Source: an uncultured bacterium
Lineage (GTDB): Bacteria; Desulfobacterota; Binatia; UBA1149; CAITLU01
Direction of reading: 5' to 3'
Assembly (NCBI GenBank): GCA_903893315.1
Contig: CAITLU010000024.1
Coordinates: forward strand, 5,119-69,118
Length of the DNA stretch: 64,000 nt
The notes below the pieces were generated by a model. The model ran no database searches and was not told where the DNA came from. It saw only the letters and a program-made list of their open reading frames with translations. A program made the position numbers and the translations under genes. This document shows, in pieces, positions 38,540-47,440 of this stretch (positions within the stretch are counted from its first letter, which is position 1; every line of letters starts with the position of its first letter).

Positions 38540-38614
38540 TGATTGCCGGTGACGGCTACGGATTCGTTCTCGTGCAGCCATATCCTCAAGGACAAAGGAA
38601 CACAGTGACAGTCG

Positions 38615-39799
38615 ATGCTTAGTCTGCGCAACAAACTCGCGTTGGCGTTCGCCGCCGTCGTGCTGCCGCCGCTGATCGCGCTCGGCTGGTACGGCGGCAA
38701 CCGGATCGAAACGACACTTCGCGCTCAGAGCCGCGAGCGGCTCGAGACACGAATCGAGGCGTTGTCCGTGCAGATCGAGAGATACCTGGCAGGTACCGAC
38801 GGTGACTTGTTGTTGCTGGCCGGGATGCCTGCGTTCGCGCAGTACCTGCTCGCGCTCGACAGCGGCGACCTGCAACTGACGGATGCGGCCAGGAGCAATC
38901 TGGCCCTGGGCTTCGCGCGCGTGTCGGAGATCCGCGCAACCTATTCGCAGATCCGCTACATCGACGCGTCAGGTGCCGAGATGATCAGGGTTGAGCGAAA
39001 CGGTGACGTCACGACCATCGTGGCCGCCGGCAAAGTCGATGCCAGGCGCAGCGGGACCGACTTCGAAGAAACCATGAAGCTTGCCAAGGATGGGGTCAGG
39101 GTTTCTCCGGTGGGGCTCGATCGTGAGAACGGCGTGATCGAAGATCCGCGCCGGCCCGTCATTCACTACAGCACGCCGGTATTTGATGCGTCGGCCCAGC
39201 GCCGCGGAGTGCTGGTGATCGGTGTGGCCGTAGTACCGATCCTGGAGATGGTGGCGAAAGCGTCGGTTGATGGTGAAAAGTTGCTGATGGTCGACGCCGC
39301 CGGCTCGTACTTGAGACATCCTGAAGCGAGTAAGGACTGGGGAGGGGATTCCGATCTCAAGACGGGCGAGAGCCTGGTGCGAGACTACCCTGAACTGGGA
39401 GCGAGGATCCTGGCGGTGAAGTCGCGCTTCACGAGCGAAGGCGACGAGGATTTCACTCTCGCCAGGGCGATCGCCGTCCCGGGCGCCAAGAGCGCGGGTT
39501 TCGGTATCGTGGTCGATCTGGTGCCGACGCGGATCCTGGATGCGGCGGCCAGCCAATGGCGCATCGTATTGAACGTTCTCACGCTCGTTGCCGCGGTGTT
39601 TGCCATCGCTGCGGGCGCGCTCGTGGCTCACTTCGTCACGCGTCCGATTCTGGCGCTGATACAGGTCGTAGACCGCACGAGTCGCGGTGACCTCGACCAG
39701 CCCATCGTGGTGGTGGCTGGTGACGAGACGCAAATCCTGGCGAGCGCTGTGGAGCGTCTGCGCAAGTCGCTGAAGCTGATGATTGACAAGTACTCGTGA
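38615..39799 (+). CDS. Membrane sensor: TM1 - periplasmic (Cache/dCache-like) domain - TM2 - HAMP, no output domain
   Basis: TM1 LALAFAAVVLPPLIALGWYGG; a ~280-aa periplasmic region; TM2 IVLNVLTLVAAVFAIAAGALVAHFV; a HAMP-like TRPILALIQVVDRTSRGDLDQ…LRKSL. The ORF ends about 25 aa after HAMP. Confidence 0.7.
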   Translation: MLSLRNKLALAFAAVVLPPLIALGWYGGNRIETTLRAQSRERLETRIEALSVQIERYLAGTDGDLLLLAGMPAFAQYLLALDSGDLQLTDAARSNLALGFARVSEIRATYSQIRYIDASGAEMIRVERNGDVTTIVAAGKVDARRSGTDFEETMKLAKDGVRVSPVGLDRENGVIEDPRRPVIHYSTPVFDASAQRRGVLVIGVAVVPILEMVAKASVDGEKLLMVDAAGSYLRHPEASKDWGGDSDLKTGESLVRDYPELGARILAVKSRFTSEGDEDFTLARAIAVPGAKSAGFGIVVDLVPTRILDAAASQWRIVLNVLTLVAAVFAIAAGALVAHFVTRPILALIQVVDRTSRGDLDQPIVVVAGDETQILASAVERLRKSLKLMIDKYS

Positions 39800-39841
39800 C
39801 GGCGGCGCCTGCGTGCCGGGCGTGCGGCTGTCACGAGCAGG

Positions 39842-41200
39842 ATGCTCTCCGCTAGCGCGGCCCGGGACCTTCGCGGACGCAGAGGCGAAGCTTGGAATCG
39901 GCTGCCGTTCTCATACTATCGCGCGTCCGTGTTCCCGGTCTTACTGAAATTCGGCCCCTTTACCGTCTACAGCTTCGGCGTGTTGATGGCGCTCGGGTTC
40001 TACTTCGGATCGTTGGTTTCGGTGAAGGAGTTCGAACGCCGCGGCGGGGATGGCGAAACACTCTGGAACCTTCTGGTATGGGTGTTTCTCGGCGGCCTCG
40101 TCAGTTCGCGGGTGCTGTCGATCTTCAACAACCCTTCGGCGTTTTTCGAGAGCCCGCTGTCGGAGATCTTCGCGGGCGCGGGTTTCGTCTGGTACGGCGG
40201 GTTTCTCGGCGGCGCGGCGACGGCGTGGCTGCTCGGCCGTCGAAAGAACCTCGCCTTCTTGACCCTGGCCGACTGCTGCGCGCTGGGGCTGGCCCTCGGT
40301 CAGGCTTTCGGGCGTGTGGGCTGTCACGTCGCGGGCGACGGGGACTGGGGCAAGGTCACCGATCTGCCTTGGGGCGTCGCCTATACGCATGCCATCGTCG
40401 GCTGGTCCTACCCTGATGGAGTCCTCGTGCATCCGACTCCACTGTACGAGGTGGCCGCTTACCTGGCGCTGTTCGCGTTCCTGTGGCGCTACCGTCATCG
40501 CAACCCGCCGACCGGGTCGATGTTCGCGGTCTATCTGATCGGCAACGGCTTCGCGCGTTTCTGGGTAGAGTTCCTTCGCATCGAGCCGGTGCTGGCTCTG
40601 GGGTTGACGCAGGCCCAGTGGATCGGCATGGCGTTGACCGCGGCGGGTGCCATATGGCTGCTGCGTCGCGGTCCGGCCGTCAACGCGAGAGCGACGGCCG
40701 TGGGATTGGCCGCCCTGCTCCTGGTGGTTCCGCTTGGCGGCTGCGACAGCAAGGTCGGTGTCTCCGAGGGAGACCTGGCCCCCGATTTCATCCTGCAGAG
40801 TGCCGACGGACAGACGCGCAAACTTTCCAACTATCGCGGGCACGTCGTGCTGGTGAATCTGTGGGCGACCTGGTGTCCGCCCTGCATGGAAGAGATGCCG
40901 GTGCTCAACCAACTGGCCGAGCGGTATCGCGACAAGGGCTTGGTGGTGCTCGGTCTTGCCGGGGATGACGACCCTCAGCGGGTCCGCGACTTTGTCGCCA
41001 AGTCACCGCTCAAATTCGAAGTTCTGCTCGACTCGGACGGTGCGATCGGAACTCAGTATGGTATAACCGGCTACCCGGAGACCTTTTTCATAGATAGAGA
41101 AGGCCGGGTTCGCGACAAGATCATCGGAGCCATTCCCGGCCGGGCCGGCGGTGTGTCTCCCCAGTTCGCGCAGCGGCTGGAAAGTCTGTTGGGTGGTTAG
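39842..41200 (+). CDS. lgt: Prolipoprotein diacylglyceryl transferase (Lgt) fused to a C-terminal TlpA/ResA-like thioredoxin domain (WCPPC)
   Basis: N-terminal 270 aa: GPFTVYSFGVLMALGF, the GRVGCHVAGDGDWG (Lgt signature-like) and HPTPLYE motifs. C-terminal 170 aa: …RGHVVLVNLWATWCPPCMEEMP…GYPETFFIDREG… is a thioredoxin fold with a CxxC motif. The start codon is uncertain. Confidence 0.75.
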   Translation: MLSASAARDLRGRRGEAWNRLPFSYYRASVFPVLLKFGPFTVYSFGVLMALGFYFGSLVSVKEFERRGGDGETLWNLLVWVFLGGLVSSRVLSIFNNPSAFFESPLSEIFAGAGFVWYGGFLGGAATAWLLGRRKNLAFLTLADCCALGLALGQAFGRVGCHVAGDGDWGKVTDLPWGVAYTHAIVGWSYPDGVLVHPTPLYEVAAYLALFAFLWRYRHRNPPTGSMFAVYLIGNGFARFWVEFLRIEPVLALGLTQAQWIGMALTAAGAIWLLRRGPAVNARATAVGLAALLLVVPLGGCDSKVGVSEGDLAPDFILQSADGQTRKLSNYRGHVVLVNLWATWCPPCMEEMPVLNQLAERYRDKGLVVLGLAGDDDPQRVRDFVAKSPLKFEVLLDSDGAIGTQYGITGYPETFFIDREGRVRDKIIGAIPGRAGGVSPQFAQRLESLLGG

Positions 41201-41281
41201 GCAGTGGCCGGCGTCGCCGGGGTTGGAAGGACGCGGGTCGATGGGTTGTGGTGGAGGAGTAGCGGTGCTGCTGAAGCTGGG

Positions 41282-41962
41282 ATGATCCGAGTTCACGGTG
41301 TCAGTAAATCTTACGGAGGGACGCGTCAGGCCCTTCGTGGTGCCAGTCTGCAAGTACGCGAGGGCGAGTTTGCCGCGCTGACCGGCCCGAGCGGGTCCGG
41401 CAAGACGACGCTGTTTCGTCTGTTGATCGGCGAGCTGCGGGCCGAAGGCGGCAGCGTCGTGGTGAACGGCCGCAACCTCTCGCGTCTGGACGCCTCCGGT
41501 ATCGCTGAGTTGCGTCGTGAACTGGGGCTGGTCTTTGAAGAACCGCATTTGATCGAACGGCTGACGGTCGAAGGCAACGTGGCCCTGGCGGCCCAGGTTG
41601 CGGGCCGCTCGTGCCGTGAGGCGCGCCGGTTGGCCGAAGAAGCTCTCGAGAGAGTGGGGCTCGACGATGCGGCCGGTTGTTTCCCGAGCGCGCTGTGCGC
41701 CGGCGAGCGCCAACGCGTCAGTATCGCGCGGGCCCTGGTAAATCGGCCCGCGCTGATTCTTGCCGACGAGCCCACGCTCGGCCTCGACCCCGACCAGGGT
41801 CTTTACGTGTTGAAGATTCTCACGCAGGCTTGTCGCGATGGCGCCACGGTTTTGATGGCGACTCACGACATGGAAGCCCTTTCCGTGCTGAGGGGGCGAG
41901 TCCTGGTGATGGCACGCGGCCGCTTCGTGGAAGACTGCGAAGGCGACAGCGCCTACAACTGA
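41282..41962 (+). CDS. ftsE: Cell division ATP-binding protein FtsE
   Basis: MIRVHGVSKSY…GPSGSGKTTL…ERQRVSIARALVNRPALILADEPTLGLD. Confidence 0.9.
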   Translation: MIRVHGVSKSYGGTRQALRGASLQVREGEFAALTGPSGSGKTTLFRLLIGELRAEGGSVVVNGRNLSRLDASGIAELRRELGLVFEEPHLIERLTVEGNVALAAQVAGRSCREARRLAEEALERVGLDDAAGCFPSALCAGERQRVSIARALVNRPALILADEPTLGLDPDQGLYVLKILTQACRDGATVLMATHDMEALSVLRGRVLVMARGRFVEDCEGDSAYN

Positions 41963-41981
41963 CGACGAGGACGCCGGACCC

Positions 41982-42863
41982 TTGGAGTATTATTTCCGTC
42001 GCGCGCTCGACAGCATCAAGGCCTCACCGGCAGCCTCGGGTGTGGCAGTGGCGAGCATTGCCGCGAGCGTGTTGTTCGCGGGCGCGGTGTTGCTGGTCAG
42101 TTCGAACGCCTACCGCATGGTGGCCCGCTGGGCGGCGGCCGGTGTCGACGTCTCGATCTTCTTCGCCGGCGACGCCCGCGAAGCCGACATCGTCGTCGTC
42201 AAGGCCCGCGTCGCGGCCGACTCTGACGTCATAGACTCACGCTTCGTCAGTTCCGAGGATGCCTGGCAGTTTCTCGCCGACACGCTCGACCGGTCGGCCG
42301 AGTTGCTGGCTGGAATGGACCCTTCGGTGTTGCCTGCTTCCGTGGAAGTGAAACTGGAACGCTCGCTCGGCGATGGTGAGATCCAGGCGCGATTGGCCGA
42401 GTGGCGCGCGCTGCCCGGCGTTTCCGACGTACAGTCGAGTCGCAGCCTGGGGAGCGCCGGGAACGGGGCCTTGGACGTCGTACGCTGGGTGGCCTGGGCG
42501 CTAGGCGCCCTTACACTGGTCGCTTCGGTGATAATCGTGGCGAGCACGTTCCAGCTGGCCGCTTACACGCGTCGCGAAGAGATGAACCTGCTGCGCCTGG
42601 TCGGCGCGGTGGGCCCCGTTTACTGGGGGCCGATCGTGCTCGCGGGGTTCCTCGAAGGAATCGCGGCGTCGGCGATCGCGCTGGCCCTTCTTTTCCTGGT
42701 CTTTGCCGGGGTGGCAATCCCGATCAGCAGTGAGCTTCCGGTGGTTTCTGCTGCGCTGGCCTTTCTCGGAGCGCGGCAATGTCTGACTCTGGCGCTGTGG
42801 GGCGCCGCTCTCGGCGGCGCCGGCAGCGCGCTCGGAATGTGGAGGATATCGCGGTGGCGATGA
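41982..42863 (+). CDS. ftsX: Cell division permease FtsX
   Basis: 293 aa with an N-terminal TM, a periplasmic domain and three C-terminal TM. It directly follows ftsE, and its stop overlaps the envC start (ATGA). Confidence 0.88.
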   Translation: MEYYFRRALDSIKASPAASGVAVASIAASVLFAGAVLLVSSNAYRMVARWAAAGVDVSIFFAGDAREADIVVVKARVAADSDVIDSRFVSSEDAWQFLADTLDRSAELLAGMDPSVLPASVEVKLERSLGDGEIQARLAEWRALPGVSDVQSSRSLGSAGNGALDVVRWVAWALGALTLVASVIIVASTFQLAAYTRREEMNLLRLVGAVGPVYWGPIVLAGFLEGIAASAIALALLFLVFAGVAIPISSELPVVSAALAFLGARQCLTLALWGAALGGAGSALGMWRISRWR

Positions 42864-44590
42864 CGCTTCGGCGTCCCACCATCGCTGCGGCGCCGGCCGC
42901 GTCCCAAGCTCTGCGGCTCGCTGTCCGCGGCCTGCTCTCCATTCCCGCAAACTCGTTCACCGCTGTGGGTCGCTGCGCGTTTGGTGTGTGGCTTTGCCTC
43001 TTCGCTTGCGTTGGTCTCGGCGGTGCCGGTCGCGCGCGAGCCGAGGACCCGGCGCAGCGTGCTGCGCAGATCCGCGACGAAATTCTCGCCAAGCGCCGTT
43101 CGCAGAGCGAGCGCGGAGGCCGTCAGCAGGCGCTCGAACGTGAAATGGATCAGGCGCGTGCGCGCGCCGATCGGATCCGTGCCGATCTCGATGCGGCTGC
43201 CGAGCGGATTGCTCGTGTCGACGCTCAGCATGCCCGCATCGTCGCCAAGCTGGCCGATCTCGATGCGGCCACGCAGCGCCAACGCAGCATCCAGCGCACC
43301 CGGCTGGCGGCGATGTATCGCGCCGCGGATCTCGGCGCGGGTGCGGCTGGGTGGCAGTCCGGCTTCAGCGCCGAGAGCATTCGTCTGGCCCGATATCTGG
43401 TCGCCGCCGCATCACGAGGCGGCAGCGAGACGGCAACGCTCGAGGTGCAAAGGGGCAGTAACCTGGCGGCGCTCAACCAGTCCGGTGTCGACAGACAACG
43501 CGTCCTCGACGAGCAGCGCCGTCTCCAGGACTCGCGCGTGATCGCCGAGAGTGATCTGGCCCGCGCGCAGTCCAGACGCGAGCCGGCCGACTCATCGGCG
43601 GGTTTCGGGTCCGCTGAGGCGACGGCGGGGCTGGCGGCCGTTGCCGCGGAACTGGAGAGGAAAAGCGCCGACGGGGCTCGCCAGGGTCGGGCGCAGGTTT
43701 CGCCGGGTCTGCAGCAGGACTCCGCGCCGGGCGTCTCCACCGAAACCAAGGCGCTGGCGGACAGGAAGGCCCAGGCCACCGATACCCAGGCTTTGCTGGC
43801 CGAGGCCAGGATGCGCGCCGCCGCGGCGCAGGCGCGAGATCAAGCCGGCTCGGCGCGCAAGGCCGGTGCTGACACCGTGCGCGCGCAGCCGCAGGGTTCG
43901 ACGTTTGATTGGTCTGAGCAGGCGGCGGGAGCGTCGCGCGGCGAGTCTGCAGGCAGCCTCGCCATGGCCGGGCGGGGAGGTGCTCCTGGCGCCGGCGACC
44001 TCAACGGCGGGCCGGGTCGGGCGAGTTCCATTGCGCCCGGCGAAGGGGCCAGCGCTCGGCAAAGCGGCGCGGCAGCGCCGGCGGATGCCGCACAGGCACC
44101 GGCAACTGCGCCGGCGGCTGAAGCGAGTGGAGCGGGCGCGCAGGGCGGAGTGCTATCGCATCAGTTCGGCAGCGACAGCGAGGAGGCCAAGCGCTTCGCT
44201 TCGAGCAAGGGTTCGCTGGTGCCGCCGCTGGCGGGTCGGGTGGTGGCGAAGTTCGGACAGCGCAACGGCGGCTCTACTTATCGAGGGGTGGTCGTGCGCG
44301 GTGACCGTGGATCTTCGGTCAGGTCGGTGGCCGGCGGGACAGTACTCTTTGCGGGGTCGCTGCCGAATCTGGGCAGCACGTTGATCGTCAGCCACGGTGG
44401 CCGCTATCACGCCGTCTATGCCCGCCTCGGTTCTTTGCGATTCAAAGTCGGCGATCACGTCAACGCCGGTGACGTCGTCGGCACGCTGCCGGCCGATGAC
44501 GGCGACCTTCATTTCGAGATGCGACTGGACGGTCACGCCATCGATCCGTTGCCGTGGCTCAAGGGCAGCGGTCGGGATCTGTCGCGTTAG
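42860..44590 (+). CDS. envC: EnvC-like murein hydrolase activator (coiled coil + long A/G/S-rich linker + degenerate LytM/M23 domain)
   Basis: Signal/TM, a ~150-aa coiled coil and a ~200-aa low-complexity linker. The C-terminal M23-like domain lacks HxxxD and has a single His in LHFEMR, which predicts an inactive activator type. Confidence 0.8.
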   Translation: MTLRRPTIAAAPAASQALRLAVRGLLSIPANSFTAVGRCAFGVWLCLFACVGLGGAGRARAEDPAQRAAQIRDEILAKRRSQSERGGRQQALEREMDQARARADRIRADLDAAAERIARVDAQHARIVAKLADLDAATQRQRSIQRTRLAAMYRAADLGAGAAGWQSGFSAESIRLARYLVAAASRGGSETATLEVQRGSNLAALNQSGVDRQRVLDEQRRLQDSRVIAESDLARAQSRREPADSSAGFGSAEATAGLAAVAAELERKSADGARQGRAQVSPGLQQDSAPGVSTETKALADRKAQATDTQALLAEARMRAAAAQARDQAGSARKAGADTVRAQPQGSTFDWSEQAAGASRGESAGSLAMAGRGGAPGAGDLNGGPGRASSIAPGEGASARQSGAAAPADAAQAPATAPAAEASGAGAQGGVLSHQFGSDSEEAKRFASSKGSLVPPLAGRVVAKFGQRNGGSTYRGVVVRGDRGSSVRSVAGGTVLFAGSLPNLGSTLIVSHGGRYHAVYARLGSLRFKVGDHVNAGDVVGTLPADDGDLHFEMRLDGHAIDPLPWLKGSGRDLSR

Positions 44591-44672
44591 CCTCACGGCT
44601 TAGTGGTGTTCCGTGCACCGCCGCGGCTGATCGCTTTGTTGCCGGCTCCAAGCCCTTTGCTATACTCCGCCG

Positions 44673-46019
44673 GTGTTTGTCCGAAAAAGGTCCCGTAAAC
44701 TTCTTCTCACCTTCTCCTTAGCCGCCGCAGCCGGTGGGTTCCTGTATCTGACCGGGCAGCGAGCCGCCTCCGCAGCCAAGGGCACCTACGAGAGCCTCGA
44801 GACCTTCGCCAGCATCATGGCGATCGTCCAGAAGAGCTACGTCGATGAGGTTCCGAGTGAGGACCTGATCCAGGGCGCCATCAAGGGCATGGTCGGGTCG
44901 CTGGATCCGCACAGTTCCTATCTCACGCCCGACGGTTACAAGGAGTTGCAGATCGAAACCACCGGCGAGTTCGGTGGACTCGGCATCGAACTCACCGTTC
45001 GTGACAACCTCCTGACGATCGTCACGCCGATCGACGGAACGCCGGCCTTTCGCGGCGGCGTCAAGCCCGGCGACCAGATCATCAAGATCGATGACGATCT
45101 GACGATGGACATGGGACTTCAGGAAGCCGTCGACAAGATGCGCGGCAAGCCCGGCAGCCGGGTGAGGTTGTCGTTGCGTCGTGAAGGCGTGCAGGGTCTG
45201 GTCGACATCAACCTGACACGTGAGGTGATTCACGTGAAGAGCGTCCGCGGCGGCCGTCTGGTCGACGGCCGCTTCGCGTACGTCCGGCTCACCAGTTTTC
45301 AGGAAGCTTCGGCCGATGAGTTGGTCCAGGCTCTGGACAAACTCGACAAGGAGAAGCACGGCGGCGTCGACGGCATCGTGCTCGATCTGCGTTTCAATCC
45401 CGGCGGTCTGCTCACGCAGGCGGTGGCGATCTCCGATCTGTTCCTCGATGCAGGCCTGATCGTTCGCACTGACGGACGCATCGAATCTCAGGTGCACAAG
45501 TTCTTCGCCCAGGCCGAAGGTACCCGGCGCATGGTTCCGATGGTGGTGATCGTCAACGAAGGTTCGGCCAGCGCTTCTGAAATCGTAGCCGGGGCTCTTC
45601 AGGATCAGCATCGCGCGATCGTCGTCGGTACCCGCAGCTTCGGTAAGGGATCGGTGCAGACCATCCTGCCGCTGCCCGACGATTCGGCTTTGCGTCTGAC
45701 TACGGCGCGCTATTACACGCCTTCGGGGCGATCGATCCAGAGCACTCCGATCCAGCCTGATGTCGTCGTGGAAATGCCCAAGCTCGACGCCAAGCAGACG
45801 GCGGACGCGATCGCCGCAGCCGAAAAGCGTTCGCCCCACGAGGATTATTTCGATCTTGCCCGCGACCCCCAGCTCGCCAGGTCTTTCGAACTGCTGCGTT
45901 CCTGGGATGGCGACATCCAAAGGATTGGCGGCGTTGCCGGCTTCCATCTGGAACGATTGGCGAAGGCTGAACCTGTCAAGGCTGAACCTGCCAGGGGAGC
46001 GGCCAAGTCCAAGAAGTAG
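44673..46019 (+). CDS. ctpA: Carboxyl-terminal processing protease (S41, CtpA/Prc-like) with PDZ domain
   Basis: PDZ (…GGLGIELTVRDNLLTIVTPIDGTPAFRGGVKPGDQIIKID…) and an S41 catalytic region with …GSASASEIVAGALQD…SFGKGSVQ…. Confidence 0.9.
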   Translation: MFVRKRSRKLLLTFSLAAAAGGFLYLTGQRAASAAKGTYESLETFASIMAIVQKSYVDEVPSEDLIQGAIKGMVGSLDPHSSYLTPDGYKELQIETTGEFGGLGIELTVRDNLLTIVTPIDGTPAFRGGVKPGDQIIKIDDDLTMDMGLQEAVDKMRGKPGSRVRLSLRREGVQGLVDINLTREVIHVKSVRGGRLVDGRFAYVRLTSFQEASADELVQALDKLDKEKHGGVDGIVLDLRFNPGGLLTQAVAISDLFLDAGLIVRTDGRIESQVHKFFAQAEGTRRMVPMVVIVNEGSASASEIVAGALQDQHRAIVVGTRSFGKGSVQTILPLPDDSALRLTTARYYTPSGRSIQSTPIQPDVVVEMPKLDAKQTADAIAAAEKRSPHEDYFDLARDPQLARSFELLRSWDGDIQRIGGVAGFHLERLAKAEPVKAEPARGAAKSKK

Positions 46020-46027
46020 ACCTCACT

Positions 46028-47440
46028 TTGTCACTTCCTTTGCTCGAAACGGAGGAAGAAGCGCCGCTTACGGTTTCCGAGCTGGTCGGGCTCGTCGGCG
46101 GCACCTTGGAGCGCGAGTTCTCGCATCTGCTGGTGCTCGGCGAGCTTACCAGCATGAGCCGCGCCGGCAGCGGGCACTGCTACTTCACGCTGTCCGACGG
46201 ACACTCCTCGGTTGACGCGGTGTTGTGGCGTGCCGATGCGCTGCGTCTGGCGTTCCGTCCGGAGATCGGCGACGAAGTGGTGTGCCGCGGCCGCATGAGC
46301 GTCTTCGCGCGTCAGGGCCGCATGCAGTTTTACGTGTCGGCGATGAAGCCGGTGGGGGCTGGCGCCGCGCAGCGGGCGCTGGTCGAACTTCGCCGGCGCC
46401 TGGCGGCCGAAGGACTTTTCGCGGCTGAGCGCAAGCGGCCGTTGCCTTATCTCCCGCGCACCATCGGTGTGGTGACTTCGCGACGTGGCGCCGCTCTCCA
46501 CGACATCGTGATCACGTTGCGGCGCCGCTTTGCGGGCGTACACGTGGTGCTCGCGTCGGCGGTCGTGCAGGGCGCGGAGGCGCCGCGCCAGATCGTGCGC
46601 GCGCTCGAGATGCTGACCGAATACGGCGCCTGCGACGTGGTGATAGTCGGCCGCGGCGGCGGCGCCAGTGAAGACCTCGCGGCTTTCAACGACGAAAAAG
46701 TAGTGCGCGCGGTAGCCGGTTTCCCAGTGCCGATAGTTTCGGCGGTCGGACACGAGGTGGACGTTTCGCTCTGCGATCTGGTTGCCGACCATCGCGCCGC
46801 CACGCCGACCGCGGCCGCCGAAGCCGTGGTGCCGGTGCGCGGAGAACTGCTCGTCGAACTGGCGACGGCATCCCACCGGCTGCACGCGTCGGCGCGGCGT
46901 CTGGTGGTTTCGCTTCGCGATCACGTCGATGCAGTGGGCGGCAGACTGCGCGATCCGGCCACTGCTCTGGCTCAGTCACGCCAAGCCATCGATCGCATCG
47001 AAATGGGCCTGGAACGGGCTCTGCGAAGGCGTCTGCACGAAGCTGCGCGGGATCTGGACGGCGTCACACGCGCATTTCTCGAGGCCGGGCGCACTCGCAG
47101 TGCCGCCGCTCGGGCGCGCACCCAGGCCGCGGCTACGACGCTCGATCGTGCAATGCGTGCGCGTCTTGCCGGGCGCGCCGGACGTCTTGTCGCTCTCGCT
47201 TCCAAGCTCGACGCACTGAGCCCGCTTGCGGTGCTCGGTCGAGGCTATAGCCTCGCCGAACGTGCCGACGGAACATTGGTCCGGTCGGCGGCGGAGTTGC
47301 AGATAGGGGAGACACTGTCACTGCGTTTCCACGCAGGACGCGCGCAGGCGCAGGTGATGTGGCGGTCGCCGGTCGAGGTCGTCCCCGAGCAAGGCACTCC
47401 AGGTTCGCAAGAAGCCGAGGACACGGGCGAGGAACGCTGA
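46028..47440 (+). CDS. xseA: Exodeoxyribonuclease VII large subunit
   Basis: An OB-fold N-terminal and a catalytic core …GVVTSRRGAALHDIV…VGRGGGASEDLAAFNDE…SAVGHEVDVSLCDLVADHRAATPTAAAE. Confidence 0.9.
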   Translation: MSLPLLETEEEAPLTVSELVGLVGGTLEREFSHLLVLGELTSMSRAGSGHCYFTLSDGHSSVDAVLWRADALRLAFRPEIGDEVVCRGRMSVFARQGRMQFYVSAMKPVGAGAAQRALVELRRRLAAEGLFAAERKRPLPYLPRTIGVVTSRRGAALHDIVITLRRRFAGVHVVLASAVVQGAEAPRQIVRALEMLTEYGACDVVIVGRGGGASEDLAAFNDEKVVRAVAGFPVPIVSAVGHEVDVSLCDLVADHRAATPTAAAEAVVPVRGELLVELATASHRLHASARRLVVSLRDHVDAVGGRLRDPATALAQSRQAIDRIEMGLERALRRRLHEAARDLDGVTRAFLEAGRTRSAAARARTQAAATTLDRAMRARLAGRAGRLVALASKLDALSPLAVLGRGYSLAERADGTLVRSAAELQIGETLSLRFHAGRAQAQVMWRSPVEVVPEQGTPGSQEAEDTGEER

